From the NCBI GenBank assembly GCA_040954595.2, contig CM082584.2, forward strand, positions 2,635,344-2,699,343: 64,000 nucleotides of DNA, written 5' to 3'. Below, in pieces: positions 1 through 15,107 of the stretch (within the stretch, counting starts at the first letter, position 1; the number at the start of each line of letters is the position of its first letter). The notes under the pieces are model-generated. The model worked only from the letters and a program-made list of their open reading frames with translations, was not told the DNA's origin and did not search any database. The stretch is from Balanoglossus misakiensis (Eukaryota; Animalia; Hemichordata). The translations under genes and the position numbers were made by a program.

Positions 1-179
1 TTTTGATGAGGAAACTCTAGGAATTTCATCACAATGAGCTTCAGTCACTATTGTAATAATGGTTTTGATTACGATGGTGTGTTATTTCAGTAATAGACTG
101 ATATAGATTTGATTCTGAAAGATCATAATAATAGTATTTTCTAAGGTTGAGTGACAATTCTCTATGACCAAAACACATG

Positions 180-353
180 TACAGTAAAACCCGTCTAATC
201 CAAAGGGACAGAAGAAATTGTTCAGTTTACAGACGTTTCTGGTTTGTAAAGGTTCTTTTAACACGTGGTTCTATGTCAAGGGGACAGGAAAATGTGTTCA
301 TTATAGACAGTTTTCCAGATACGGCATGTTCCATTTCGACAGGTATTACTGTA
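180..353. mobile_element. Short Tc1/pogo-like MITE (CAGT...ACTG ends, TA flanks)
   Basis: TA|cagtaaaacccgtc ... gacaggtattactg|TA; related copy at ~7753-7905 (tacagtaaaacctgtc...gacaggttttactg). Confidence 0.6.
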
Positions 354-1175
354 TGTGGTTGAACCACATTGAACCAAACTGTAGACTGATACCATGTTCA
401 CACTAGGTAAAACTGGAACTGTTGATGAAAAAGTCTGCACTGAATTGAGATTATTTATATTTGTGGGCTAGTGTAGGTCTGTTTTTGCACAATCTAAATG
501 TGGTGTTGTGATATCATTTTGGGAGTGTGTGGTATTTTGGAAGTTCATAGATATCTAGTTGATTCAGTGTTACTGTTGTGTGAAAAGCCAGTCACTCATA
601 ACCATTGAAATGTTTCTGAAACGTCTCTGCTCAAATGCCGGCATAAAATATTACATGTGAACAGTTGAAGTGGTCCTGGAACATTTCAGGGGTTCAGCTA
701 GTGCTACTACAGTAACAGCATCAGGGGTGCTATAGAAAGCGGCGTGGCAAACTGCAATGATGTATTTGCAAACAGAATAGTGCGATGGACCTTGAAAAAC
801 ACCCCAGTTGAGAATTAGTTCTTGCCACAGAGAATTTGAAACACCATAGTTGACCCCTAAAAATACTGCTTGCAGCAGACCTCTCCGTGTCTGTAAGTTT
901 ATCTTTGTGGAAGAATTGACATTAGGAATATCTTGTTTGCACCAAGAATCCATTTTATTTCAACAAAATTCGTTATTTTAAAAATATATTTCTATTAAAA
1001 GTTGTTACTTACCAAAAACCCAGGCTGTCTATCGTTATTTTGTTGCACGTAATTGAAATACAGTTTCACACAATTTTTTTAAGTTCCTGCATGCACCGCA
1101 TGTGAAAAATTAAATATCAAACGCTAGCCCTGAGCGATGACTCTGTATAAAACATTGGTCAATACGAACACTTAC

Positions 1176-1274
1176 CTGTCCTGGGTATTTACCCCTTGCA
1201 TTGACATCATATCCATCAGCTATCAGCGACTGAATCTTTGCAACATCACCCTTCACTGCGGCATTGATTAGATT
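1176..1274 (-). CDS. Internal exon of an ankyrin-repeat protein gene (other exons not located)
   Basis: On the minus strand, acceptor ttacag| and donor |gtaagt bound a 99-bp phase-0 exon. It encodes NLINAAVKGDVAKIQSLIADGYDVNARGKYPGQ, 33 aa matching the ankyrin consensus (L..AA..G....V..Ll..GaDVN). Confidence 0.8.
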
Positions 1275-4200
1275 CTGTAACATTCAACAATCAACATTTC
1301 TTTCATCAAAATATTCTCAAAATGCAATCATAAACAGCAGTAATATAAAAGGAAAACATTGAAATCTTCATTAATGAAAAATTATGAAGCCAAAACATGA
1401 TCATGTACGCCAATTTGAATACAAAATGATGACATCATGTTGTGAGAAAACAAAGACAACACAATCACTCTTCTCCAAGACAAAGCAGCAAGATCTCCAA
1501 AGGGCAACAGGAAAACAGAAATACAAAACCGGTGCTGGCACTCTCAGGGAAAATAGACATTGCCTGTCCATAACATTTCCAGGAATTTTCAACAACAAAA
1601 AGACAATTTGGATTCACCTCCTATTGATGTGTTGGTACCCCCTGGAAATTTAATTGTCAAAGGGGCACCTGAGTGCCCTTTAAAATGATGTTACTCACAT
1701 GTTGAAGATATAACATTCCCCCTTGCCAGAGTGGAATCACCCTCAAATATTCTGGCGAAGGGGGACATATACCCCCTGCTGATACCATCCTGAATAAAAC
1801 ACTGTCTGAATATATATATATATATATATATGGAAGAAAATGAGACAAAAGCCCCCTTAGCTCCTAATTTACAAAAACTGGGACAGTTAATGCCATAATA
1901 CAAATATAAAGCAATAACAATGTTTCTAATATAAAGAACTATGGTTTAGACACCCATCCGTATTTCAAATCTCATTTGAACATTGTCATGTTATAAGATG
2001 TACCATTTTTATCATTTTCAAAGACAGTGATGATACCGAAAAGCGTCCCCTTCTCTGTGATAGTTTTGGGAACATGCATGGATAGCTATTGACCCTGAGT
2101 GTATCACCACCAGGGGAGGGTAGAAATTCACAATCTTTCGACATTCATATATTTTCCTTTTGTCATTCTGTATACACTTTCCTTCTGTAGTTTTTCTCTA
2201 GCAATTTATGTTTTAAGTATGTGAGAAATAACACAATAGCTTAATTACAGACACAATAATTGGTGTTCAAGAATGTGGTCGAAAAACAATTTGTTTCACT
2301 AACAACAATGACATGAATAATTTTATATCATTGCTACAAAAATGCTGGGAGTTGTGATCGTGCCTGGGGAGTGATGACTGCTGACAGTCTAAAGCTTGAG
2401 TACCTGGGAAGGGTGCTAATTGCTCTGACTGACTCGATAACTCTACAATTAATGTGGATTAATTAAATGTTGACAGAATGAAGAGTGCAGATATGAAGTC
2501 AAGTTTGGCCCACAAAACTTCAGTTATGTGTTCCACTATTTATGAAAAAGCAAATTAATTTAATAACTTCACATTGCAATAGTAAACCAAGTAGTCATTA
2601 CCATCACATGAATGTCGCCAAAAACCAACATGAGAACGTGGAATGAGAATTGTGTAATATTAATTGCAGCTTCCGCAATATATTTTGTTTGACCCATTAT
2701 ATTTACATTTTGTGCAGGGATTGTTTTGCCATTTATGGCTGTGTACAATCGAATCTGCAAAACTGATAACAGTTTCATAAATACTCTGTGTGCCATCATG
2801 ATTCTGACAAATAGATGCTTATTTTTCTTTGTAGTGCAGCTTGTATTTACTTATTGACTTTTATACAGATACAGTCTTCAAAATCAAATGATTAGCTAGA
2901 CGACGCAATCCCAACAAAACTAACTTGCCAGTTGAACTCAAGACTGCAACATCGTGATATGGTGTAATTTGTGAATGAATTTCAAGGCAATGTTAATGAC
3001 ACAACAATGCAATGGCTTCCCCGGAAGATAAAGACCCACAGGTAAGTTACTTTTGAACTGAATTTACGCTGTCCGTCTCATCATGACCACTCATAATCTA
3101 TCAACAGGTGTTTCAGAATAAATATCCGTCTGCTGAGATTTTTCTTGGTTCAAGTGGACTGAAACATTTGAACGACAAAATTTACAAATTACCACCCGGA
3201 CAGAACGTGTCGCAGCAAAATTAAAGTTGTGAAAACTTGACAAATTGTCGATGAAATTCAACACTGCAGACAGCAACTTGTAGACACGGCAATATATGTG
3301 TGCTCACATTTGCATGTTAGCTCCAATTGCAAGTCAGCTCAAACCAGCTCTGTGCTATGCGCGTTTTGTACGCCTAAAATATTAGTCCATGAATCTGACT
3401 TGTTCTACAAGACATCAAATGACTGTCCAAACATCTGTGGAAAGGTGAATCAGTCAGTCAGTCTATCCGTCAGTTGTGAGTGGGGTGTCTGTGTTGGATC
3501 GAGAGACTGTGAGTGGGGCACACAACTTTTAACAATGACATCATGGAAACTGTTTGTTGTTTGTGCTGGACGTACAAAGTTTTTACTAGTAATAAATTGC
3601 TCGTCATATTTTATTATCACAATCCAAAGTTTTCAATCTATGTCTGTATTACTGTATAGTCAATCATTCTCGAGTCTGATTAGCATCTCTTCAGTGGCTC
3701 ACTCCACATAGATACCAATTACCATATCAACAGACAATGACCTTTCTGACCTGTGCGAGTTCATTCAAGGTGACACAATTGTCGATTGTAAGCGAACAGT
3801 GTTTCAGCCGCACTCAGTTTAATGTCATGCTAACCTATGATCACTTGGCTATCAGGTTTTATTGGGCCAGTGGCATGCTTGATCTAGATGTTATTTTTGG
3901 AAGCAAAGTTGACGGCTAGATACTAGACTAGGATAGTGCATGATCACATACACGCCAAGATGAATCATTATAAACACAGAAATCATAGTGTCCTTCATAG
4001 TTGCATAGGTGTATGCAGGGACAGTTAAATTCTCTTCATCTTAATTTCATTCAAAAGCCTTGAATGCTAAATTTTCATGTTGGGATCGGTACGTAACAGC
4101 TTGAAAATGTAATTCGCCCATGCAGTCAAATTTAGATAACAAGAAACAATGTTCTCTTTGTGTAGCCCTTATTAGAAAGGACAGGTATGGTCCCCTTTGG

Positions 4201-4433
4201 CCATAATGCCCTGACCATATCATCGATCACCTCATGGTATCACACAAACAAACACACAAAATGTTGAGTGGTTTACGAGGGTACTCGTTCTAAGCTATTT
4301 TCTTCATGATGTTTAGAGATGGCAAAACGTTGACAATAGCAAAGATGCTGAAAGCCAGTTACCAAACATTCTTTGAGAAATTGTGTTAAAGATGTATGAT
4401 CAGTAAAATTGAACGTGTTGTTATTTCTCTTAA

Positions 4434-5228
4434 GATGGGTCCCTGGGATCTTTTTGCCCGTTGCTATGGGCCTTTATAGGACATTACACCCCGATTTGGA
4501 CTAAGCCGTTTTCAGAGTCTAACAAGGGGCTGGTAACTAGTTGAAAATCTGCACGATTGTGAGCGCGCGCCCCCTGACGCCATTGATATGCAAATTAGCT
4601 AGGTCAAATTTCAAAAGCCTAAGGCTTTTTATTCCGTGACCTCAAAAACGAACTTGATACGTATTCATTAGTTGCTTGAACCAGGGAAGATCGTGACGGA
4701 TTTTGTTTTCGAATATTATCGTTGTATCCTACGATTTCAGCATACCCGTACCACACCTGAAAAAGTCATCGATTTTGGGTGTTTTTGGACGCACTCTTCC
4801 ACTGGTATCGCTTCTTAACACGACGAAAACCGAAAAAACGATCCGTCACACTATGCGGAAGTGCGTTCTCAACAAGCAGGTCAAATTTGGCTGGCCTACG
4901 TCGCCTGTGAAAAAAGCCTTAGGGATTTTTGTGAACGGTACAAAATCTCTGTGTACAAAACATTGGATTTTTAGCGTTCGATCCAGTTACTGTGGTTACA
5001 GGACGCGCACGCTATCGCTGACCGCTGCTTTGCCGTATTAGCGTGGCGGCCTATGGCCGGGCGGTAGCTGCCGTAAACATACTCAGACAGGGGATGTGCA
5101 CACAATCGTGCGTATTTTTAACTAGTTACAAGCCCCTTGTCGGACGTTCATAACGGTTTCGATCAAAATTGAGTGTAGTGTCCTATAAAGGCCCATAGCA
5201 ACGAGCAAAAAGATCCCAGGGACCCATC
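4434..5228. mobile_element. Non-autonomous TIR element with TTAA target duplication (Kolobok-like)
   Basis: TTAA|gatgggtccctgggatctttttgcccgttgctatgggcctttataggaca ... tgtcctataaaggcccatagcaacgagcaaaaagatcccagggacccatc|TTAA. RR..YY termini plus TTAA TSD fit Kolobok better than piggyBac. No credible ORF. Confidence 0.75.
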
Positions 5229-5261
5229 TTAATTGTACATTTTTGGTTTCTCCTTAAATTA

Positions 5262-5616
5262 AATATGGCGTTTACTGTAATTTGAATCATGGGAAAAAAA
5301 GCGCCAGGACCAACTTCCGCCCACCATGGTGTGGGTGATACCATTCTCCGATTGGTGTCACTGGGCGACAGACTAGGCGTATTTTCATAGCTATTGTTTG
5401 TTCTTTGCATCAGTTGATAAACAATCATCAGCAAAGTCGAAAATTTGTCATCTATTGACAGTTTTCATGAGCTATAACCCATGAAAAATATGCAAATACG
5501 CTTAGCTTGTGATGCAGTGATACCAATCGGAAAATGGTATCACCCACACCAAGGTGGGCGGAAGTTGGTCCTGGCGCTTTTTTTCCCATGATTCAAATTA
5601 CAGTAAACGCCATATT
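5262..5616. mobile_element. MITE with ~90-bp near-perfect TIRs
   Basis: aatatggcgtttactgtaatttgaatcatgggaaaaaaagcgccaggaccaacttccgcccacc... mirrored by ...ggtgggcggaagttggtcctggcgctttttttcccatgattcaaattacagtaaacgccatatt. TSD unclear. Confidence 0.75.
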
Positions 5617-7752
5617 GGAAATTCTGCCAACTTTCCCTAGATTTTGTAAAAAATCGCGCGACCTATACATGGCGAATATGTTTTTTTTCTGAAAGAGTGA
5701 CATCAAAGCTACCAAATTATGTAGAAATCAGCTACGCCTGATTTCCCCTTTAATAGGATAACATGGTGAAAGCAGGCGATCTGATGTCAGATGAAGCAAA
5801 TTTTTCATGGTATTTTGGAGTTACTGAATGAAGCTAGACTTTGAGGATTATTTTTCAGATTTTAGGTTTGCATTTAAAAACAAAACACTTTGTTCTTTGT
5901 CCATGTAATGTCTTTAATCATTTTATATGTTTTAAATAAAATTACCTTTTAAGTGAATTTTATTATGTGAGCAGTTTTTTGTTGATGCACGATGGGAGGA
6001 AGTGTATCGGCTTGAAATATGCATTTACCGATTTGTTGCTATTGATCTGCTTTGAAATGCAGTTGCATCTCAAAGCAGATTAATAGTAACAAATTTACAG
6101 CAAAGGTGAATAAGAAGGAAAGGTCAAATCCTGACAATGAAGGATGACCCCAGAATTGTGACCTTTGGGGTAATTTAAATATGACCCCAAAATTATTTTG
6201 CAAATATTTGCCAACAATGATGACATAATGTATGGTAATTTCTGGAAGGGTCTGCGTTAAATATATGTAAAAATACCAGGAATGTGAACTCAACTATGCA
6301 AATGTAAATGTCTGTGATGATGATGTAACGTATGCTAATAACACAGTCATGCAAATAGCAAGGAAGATATGCACTGAGAATGTGTACAAATACGTTGGAA
6401 TGTTTATAGTGTGCACTTGATCTGCATTGGTCTGCGTTGTGCACACCCGTGATCTTCATAGATATACGTGCACGTATACTAACACATTGGTATGTTCCAT
6501 ATACGTGAATATACGTCACATATACGTGGTGCAGATTGTAGATGTACAACTGTGCAGACTATTGTATACTTGCGCATATTCCTAATCTACGTGTCCATAT
6601 ACGTGAAAATACTGAATGTATATCAACCTTTTTGCCCAGTGGGGGGTATTCCGAATGTGCCCTTCCTATGATAGCTGCAAAAATTGTAGCCTAGATGGGC
6701 TGGTTGATCAAGCCCGTCAGCGATCAACCAGCCCACCAAAGCTACAATTATTGGACCTATTCTTATGATAGCTGGATCCATAGGGTAAACTGTACAAAAC
6801 AAATCATTGTCAGTATAAAATATGGTAACTTTTGGCTTTTGTTTCTTCTCATTGAATTTCGACATCGCAAAGAAATTTTATATGTCAGTCAATACTTATA
6901 ACATTGAAATATGCATGAAGTTGCACAGTTCATATAAATATTACACCACTGGCTACTAAGCTATATCATGCCACTTTTATGACCCCTTTTGACCTCCTGA
7001 TCCTGGAATTTTGTTGGTGTGAGTATACAATTTCGAGTTTACCAACCACGCTATTAAATCAATGCATTTTTTCTCATCCTTGAACAAAACTGTTAAACAT
7101 TGCCTGTGTTAGAAAGATTAGCTGTTGTATTTAACATTGAATGATGAATGATGTCAAACCAACAAATCACCAGGATGTAAGGTCACACAGGGGTCATGAA
7201 AGAGGCCTGTAAGATACTCTTGTTCTCTGCCCACTTTCTAACCCTGCTGTCACTACCAGCAGCAGGAATGGGACAGGGGTCCAGGCTATATCTATAGGAC
7301 TGTTTGCTAACATTAAGTGTGTTTACTTGAGTAAGTTGGGTACTATGATAGGAATTGTCACCATTACTGTAGGGGGAGACATGAGTCTACCTGGTTGATT
7401 TATATTTTACATGTTGTGCTTAGATTAATAGAAATAATTGATGCATGGTTACTTAGGAACACTTCCATAACTAGTCTGTATTTTGCCTCTGCCAAATAGT
7501 AAAGAAAAAAAAATCAGAGAATAGGCAGAGTAGAAACTAAGCTGCACTCCCCTAACAATAAAATGGTTTACCCGTAAGTCTAATGTGATGCATCGTGTCA
7601 TTCAATTTGTGTCAATAAAATGGCAACCACTTCAGTGTTCAGTGCAAACAGTGTGTGACATACCTTTCCACCTGACCAAATCTATTAGAAACACATTTTT
7701 TGAAAAGAATTTGTTTTAAAGGGGCAGCTGCTATGACATTTGGGATATTAAC

Positions 7753-7905
7753 TACAGTAAAACCTGTCTGAACAGAACACTGAAGGCACTGAAGAAATTG
7801 TAAAGGTTCTTTTAATATGTGATTCTATGTCGAAGGGACTGAAACGGTGTTCAGTATAGACAGGTTTCAAGATTAGACAGGGTTTGGTTTTGACAGGTTT
7901 TACTG
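7753..7905. mobile_element. Tc1/pogo-like MITE, same family as 180-353
   Basis: Inverted ends cagtaaaacctgtc / gacaggttttactg; internal similarity (gaagaaattg, aaaggttctttta, tctatgtc). Confidence 0.6.
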
Positions 7906-10384
7906 AAGGTTGAAAATTAATTCTATGTGGCCACTGAAGTTTCTTGTGCTACTCCCAACAATATGTTGGAACCCACAATTTATGTATAAAATACCTTCCA
8001 CTAAATATTCAAATGTCACCAAAAACATTTGACTCTAAATAAATAAATAAATATATTCAATAAACACATATTTTGAAGACAAGTTGCATATTTGCTTGTA
8101 AAAGTAGTAAAATCTGTGATAGCATTACACACCCACAGGCAATGTTGACAAGTGAAGTAAGGGTATATTAGCATGCTGTTTGGAGTTGTTTTTGTTGTTG
8201 TTGTTGTTCCTTTATTCCTCCTCGAAATGAGAAGAGTTACATCAACACATTAAATTACAGAGGTACTACTATACTAAATTATATAAGATGGCTTCCGACA
8301 AGAAGCATTTCACGGTACTAAATTCAGTTCGCAAGGCATATTTGTACAAGGTCCAGCACATTTTCTTGAAGAGTTGCTTGTTCACCAGACTCCTGGTAGT
8401 CAACCATGTAAATTCTATCTCCTAAAATATTAGCAATGAAGGCAAGATCATTTGAGTTGTAAAGTGTTGTAGAAACAGTAATGCTCATTTTGTCGAAAAG
8501 ACAGTTCCAAAAAGAGTCCCTTGCTGTTGTTGTATGACATTATGACATATTAAGATAGACCAATCTAAGTTGTAAAATAAAATCATGAAAATAATGCAAA
8601 AGTGGCATCTCTTGAGATTTTATGCAAGGGCAATTGACACATGACCCACCACACACGTACTGATAAGAAAGGGAGTATATAAGAACCACGTTGGCAAACA
8701 TTTTAAGGCAAATATTGACCAGCTGTCATAAAACTGTCAGATATTTTATTGCTCTTATAGAGAATGGCCTTCACCTGTATCTGATTACATGTTGGAGTCA
8801 GTGAGACTCCATGTGTACCAGCCTCCAGTGTGTAATTGTTATCAGCACCGCTCAAGTTAATTCATACTTATTGTATTAAAACTTAAACGTTTACTATTGT
8901 TCCTATTAGCCAACATCGATTGAATTGTTATTAATATCAGCGTGTTCACACTCACTCATGTACTAAGTAAAGAAGTGTAAATGACATCCCTGTCCACACA
9001 AGACCACTATAAAAGTCATAAGTTTGACCTTCCATTAATTAGGTTTCTGTGACTATTCCCTAGGTATTGTTGTTTTTGATATTCTGATGGTTTAGTTTGA
9101 AGTTTATTGACATGCTGTCTGTTCAGCTTGATATGTACAGGTACATATCAGAAGCAATTTACTATGAGTCTAAAAGATTAAATACTGTTTGTTATATTGG
9201 CTTTACGGGTATAGACTTTGACAGAAACCACTCAACACACTTAATTTATAGCTCAGAATGTTTGTTTAGTCGCTAGCAAATAAATAACACTCCACCACAA
9301 TCAAGTAACAAACAAGCAAACACTTTTCTACCAGATCGCGTTAAAGTCAGGAATTATCATGAGCTACAGTTTATACAGCTTTTTGGCAAATATTGTAGCA
9401 ACCATGGTCCTTTTAGAGCGATAGTTTCTGAATTGCCATAAGAGGCTGTGGTATATTTGCATGTTTTAATTATTAATCAGGCAATTCAAGCTTCCGGGAC
9501 ACAGTACCATTCAGCACATGCGTCTCATAAATGTATGGACATGTAAATTTTAAGTGTTACTTTGCCATGCCGATTGGCATTATTTTTTCTACTGCAGATC
9601 GCTGCCCTGCGTGAGTGTTGGGTGATTGATGGTGATTCCCTCCGCCGTTTCGGCTTTTCGTGTAAATCACAGTCGAGGAGTTTACGTGTATTTAATGCAT
9701 GTTCGCGTGTCCGCTTATTATCCAGAGACTTCAGTGGAGTCGCCTAGGTGTGACTGTCATAAGGATACCGCTCGAACAAGTATACAGTAAATCATGACAT
9801 GTTGAGTAGATATTGTATTTCAAGAGATATATTTTAGAAAATTGGGCCAATGTAGCCTCTACAGGCAGAATTGTGTGTATATTGGAGAGAAAAAAATCAT
9901 TCAGACTATATTACAGTTCTGTATTCAAACCCATGTCCACGATCCTATACATGCAGTGATAGGACAGGCATACATTTCAGGCTCTGTCACGTCACTGTGT
10001 CTACAGCACTTTATATAGCTATGTCAACCCAGCTGTCACATATATTGTGAATGGCTAACGCCATAACGGCATCATCCCTGTATTCTGACTATTCGTAATG
10101 GTAATAAAATAGTACTGAAATGACTGGTACGCCATACAGCATTACAATCAACAAAAAGTAAAAAAATAAATATAAAAGTAAACAAAAAAAACAGGAAAAC
10201 ATTTTTAAAATACCAATAAAATTATGAAACTACTAGAAGGGGTAACGGCTGAGAAAGCGGGTAGAAAGACTTGCAAATTAAACTTAGGTGGCGCAGCTTC
10301 ACCAGCAAACGTCTTCACCCAAGCGCCATTGGAATGCTAATCTCAACAACAGATTTTACCTCATTTCAAGCATCAAACTGAAAA

Positions 10385-13300
10385 AAAATAGCGTCAAGGA
10401 CACTGTGGTCCCATTTGAGGATTATGCGGAAACAGTGACACACCAGATAAAAATTACAGGTGACATTGCTATCAGATATGATCTCACCATATAGAAATAT
10501 GGAATGTAAAAAAATTAATAAGGAACATGCCCAATAAACTGTCATGTGTCATGGCAGTCTTACAACTGATGCTAGAAAAAAAATTGACCAAAAATTGTCT
10601 GTACAAACACAAATGAGAAGAAACTTCTTTCAGTCAGCCCTGGAACAGACACATGTGTTATGAAATTATATCCTAAATTTCAAAGCAATCAGAGAAAAAA
10701 CAAATTTCAAAGCAATCCAACAAGCAGTTTCACAGAAAATATTTGTTCAAAAGTGGCAAAAACACAAATATGCAAATATCACCAAAATTTTGCAAATCTT
10801 ACTTCAATCACTACAAGGAACATGCTGCAAAAGTTCAATGCAATATGACAAGCAGTTTCAGACAAAAAAAAATTGACAAAAATTGCAAAAGTTTCCCCGA
10901 TAACACATTTATGCAGATATCCAATTTTTTTACAGCATATTACTTAGGTTACCCCTACGAACATGCCTACCAAATTGCAAAGCCATCTGGCATGCGGTTT
11001 TAAGGGAAAAAAATTGACCAAATATGGCAAATATTGCTCAAAATAATAAATATGCAAATTTTGCAACAATTTGAACAAAACTATGGTTACTCAGACAACC
11101 ATTAGATGATAGATAGATAGATAGTTTTATTTCACCAGAAAGATGCATTTTACATAACTGGTGCGGACCAGGGAAGTAGTTCTAGTGGAACTAGTCGTGT
11201 CCCTGGCCCTAAATACATACAAATCATTGAAACAATTAATATAATTGCCAATTCACATCACAAAACAATAGTTGGTAGTCAAACAACGCGGTGACAAAGT
11301 AAACAGGTTTATAAAAGAGGTTAAATTAATCTATGCTCAACAGATACATTTTCAGAGAGCTTTTAAATAAGTTCCTTGATTGAATTGATTTTATTTGTGT
11401 AGGAATTTCATTCCAATGCTTGGCAATAGAATAGTATAAATTATTTTGAGATGAAGTAAGTTTTACTTTGGGAAGCGTAAACTTATCAGTAGAGGCAAAT
11501 CTTGTAAAATATTTGTGTGATACAAATGAAGCATAGCGATCTAGTGAGTGGGCGTAATGCCCTGCCTTTAGATCATACGCAAAAACACAAGTTTGAAATT
11601 TACAGAGTTTGTAAACATTAAGAATTCCAAGTTGCTGAAAAAGTGGTGCGCTATGTGTATTGGGGCTAGAAAATGTTATAAGTCTTACAAGTCTCTTTTG
11701 CAATTTGAAAATACAATCTAAATAGGTTTTATACGCATTTCCCTATATTTCGCTACAATACATTATATGGGGAAGGATAAGACAATTGTATAGTAATAAA
11801 ATTATAGACTTAGAGAGATAATGGCGTACATATGAAATAATACCGATTTTTTGGCTAACCTTCTTAAAGATAATGTTGATGTGAGACTTCCAGGATAATG
11901 ATGAGTCAAGAGTAACTCCAAGATAAATAGCAGAAGAAACTTTATGTAATGGTAAATCAGAGACATATAAATCTCCCTCAGGCTTAAACTTCGCCTGGGC
12001 TGTTTTGAAAATAACATAGTTTGTTTTGTCAATATTAATAGTAAGTTTATTTGACTTACACCAGGTCTGTACTTTAGTTAGCTCAACATTCAGAGTGGCA
12101 AGATCAATTTTGTCCTGCTTATCTGAACAAAATAAATTGGTATCGTCAGCAAATAACCTGAATTGAAAATAGTCTGAGGAACTGCAGATATCATTTATAT
12201 TTACTAAAAAAAGAAGTGGACCTAGAATTGATCCCTGTGGAATCCCACAGGAGATCCTTTTCGCTTTTGAAGTGCAATTATTGACCTTGACATACTGCTG
12301 TCGGTCTTCTATATAAGTCTTAAACCAATTAAGTGTGGATCCCCTAATCCCATAGTGGCATAGCTTAGCTAACAAAATTGTGTGGTTAATCGTATCAAAT
12401 GCCTTTTTAAAATCAATAAAGATACCAATGGTAACAAGACCGTTATCAATGTGCTTTGATATTTCAGTTGTGAGATCTGCTAAAGCTAACTTAGTACTAT
12501 ATTTCTTACGAAATCCATATTGGCTGTTAGTGAGAATATCAAATTTTTCGAAAAAAGAACACAGTTGCTTATTTACAATAGACTCATACAGCTTACTAAA
12601 TATTGGCAAGACAGAGATAGGTCTGTAGTTTCCTATTTCATGAACACAGCCCTTTTTAAAAATTGGTGTTACTCTTGCCATTTTCAGTTTCTCTGGAAAA
12701 ATACCCTGTGACAAGGAAATATTAACAATATGAGCAAATGGTTCTGTAATATAATCAGCTGCTTCCTTTACAAGTTTTGGATATATTTCATCAAAACCAG
12801 CAGCTTTACAATGGTCTAATAAATTAATTTCTCTGAGTATATCACCAGAATGCACAGGATGGAAAAAGAAAGAATTAAAATGACGAATACCAAGGTAATC
12901 ATTGAAATTAGTGCTACAATGAATTTGTGATGCTAGATTTTGTCCAATGTTGACAAAAAAAGAATTAAAAGCGTCAGCTATATCAATATTTTAGGAAGCT
13001 TCATACTAAATTTCAAAGAAGTAAGCCCATCACTTTGATAAATGAAGACTTTTTATTGAATAACATAGAAAAATAAAAAAAAATGCATAAAAAATAGGAA
13101 ATCGATAATATTAGCTCAAAACATACAGGACTGTATGAGGTTGATATAAGGTACATGCATACCAATTTTCAAATCAATATGACCAGTGGTTGTTGAGTTA
13201 CCGAGTTTTGTCACATTTTCCCAGCTAATTTGCATATTTTTGGCAATGACAACTTCATTTGAACAAACTCCCATCTACAGCCCTGCCTGCATCTACACAC

Positions 13301-13456
13301 CAAATATCAAGGTCATACGCGCTGTGGTTTTCAAGTTGTTGATGTGGACGGACATACAGACATACATCCATCCATACATCCATCCATACATCCATCCATA
13401 CATACAGACGCAATCAATCCCATAAGGTCCCATGGTACATACCAATGGGACCTAAA
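10385..13456 (-). mobile_element. Helentron/HINE-like non-autonomous element interrupted by LINE copy 1
   Basis: Head hairpin aggtcccatggtacataccaatgggacct (~13424-13453) next to a (CATC/CATA)n microsatellite. Matching ggtcccatt plus a small hairpin and A-run at ~10381-10415. Degenerate internal repeats with tatgcaaat. Sequence reads through accattag|gaagcttcat once the LINE is removed. Confidence 0.55.
11106..12994 (-). mobile_element. 5'-truncated CR1-group LINE (Crack/Daphne-like), copy 1: RT half, 3' UTR and (TATC)n tail
   Basis: ORFs 11743-12855 and 11326-11703 contain RT motifs YRPISVLP, QYGFR, DFKKAFDTI, PQGSILGP, FADD, YLG. Single stop at SEI*. 3' UTR stem-loop ccaggga..tagttc tagtg gaacta..tccctgg (~11169-11206). 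TTAG overlap at both junctions. Confidence 0.9.
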
Positions 13457-14655
13457 AACGTGATAGTGTAATGAAATTTGTCAAACTTGTGGTCATTTTA
13501 TTTTATCAAATTTCTGCATTTTTATCTGATTGTGGTCTTACCTTCAAATCACTTGACAAGGTAGGCGACACAATGTTGCATGCTAGGAAGGTGACGATTT
13601 TTGACTAAGAGCAGTGTTATGTTAAGCTTATTCCTATCTCAACCTATTCCAACACAATGTTCAATGAGAACTTTTAATTGTAACAACTGACATTTCACAT
13701 CAAAAGCAACACTGTTCTGGAAATGACGACAACTGTTATAAGAGGTTCATTTATGTATTTATGTATTTTGGACTGGAGACTGCTGTGCAAAATTCACCTC
13801 AATGGGCCTTAATATTAAATACACCATCAAACACTGTGTGAAATAGCCTGAATCCACCAAGGATTGTTGTGGATTCTTTCGTGGATTCTTACAGAATCCA
13901 GTAGAATCCTGAGATATCCATCGTGGATACTCAGAGAATCCACATATAATCCAAAAGTGGATTCTGTCAAATACGGAACACTTTCAGAATCCACAATAGA
14001 ATCCTTTACAGTATTTCAGTGGATTCTCTGTAACAGTTCCCAGAGAAATCTTTGCTTGATTTTGATGGATTCTGCATGAGAGTAATAATCGTGGGGTTAC
14101 GCCCATTCCCTCAAAATTTCCCATGTGACCTTGCATCTAGAAAATGGCATTAAATATCACCGATATTTGCTGCCTTTAGTTTTAGAAAGAAAGCCACTAT
14201 AATAATTGAGATATACGATCGGAATTTTGTTCAAGCGTGCTCTAGTCATGCTCTTTTGCATTGGACACGGAATGTGTAAATTCAGAACTTCTATTCCATT
14301 TACTGTTTTATTTCGATTAGGAGTACAATGGGACCTATTTGGGATGTAGTAATTTTAATTCATGTTTTATCTTTTTTATTAAGAAATGTATATGTTTGTG
14401 TTTGCAATTATGTTCGTGTTACACTAGGTTCCTTGATTCATAATGTATTCCGGGCCGGGGCAATTGTTTCTGAGTTGTAATTGTGGTGATGGCAAACGCC
14501 TGTCTGCTTTTGAACTTTCACAGTTGAATGCTTCAATAATAAATTCCTGACTTTGGATGAACTTCTGTGCTTGAGTTTGTACTCCTTCCAGATGACTCAT
14601 TCCCGTGGGGAAACAAATAAACATACATAATGATTACCTTTTGTTATTATGCAAT

Positions 14656-14745
14656 GCTTTAGCACCTCCAACTGGTCATGCCTTTTAGCACCTCCAACTG
14701 GACATGCCTTTTAGCACCTTCAACTGGACATGCCTTTTACACCTG
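14656..14745 (+). repeat. ~26-bp minisatellite, ~3.5 copies
   Basis: ttttagcacctccaactggacatgcc repeated. Confidence 0.8.
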
Positions 14746-15107
14746 GAACTACATTTATGTGGAATTGACTTTTGTTCTGATGGAGGTCTCATGTTCCATG
14801 GCTCTAGTCACTTCATGCATTTCAATACATTTTTGACAGGCGGATACAACTGGTCGAGAATTCTATGATCACAGTATTACATTGGTAAAGTAAATCTGAT
14901 AAGTTCTAGAGAACAGAAAATTCCTCAAAGTTGTTTTGTTTTTCTGATGAGACGGTTGTTTTACCACACAAGCATTCAACCAGTTGAGGCTAGAGCATAC
15001 TTTAGCAGGAAAAAATGTTACATATATTACCTTGTTATAACTCATGGCAAGCATTGGATAATTGAACGGCTGTCCTGAGCTGGTGCGACTTGATGCGTTG
15101 TGCCACA

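Noticed and set aside
2869-3041. Plus-strand exon-like segment with good acceptor and GTAAGT donor
   Set aside because: Stops in all three frames and no partner exons found; at most non-coding.
5262-5616. IS3EU assignment from TATGG...CCATA ends
   Set aside because: The expected 6-bp TSD is not present.
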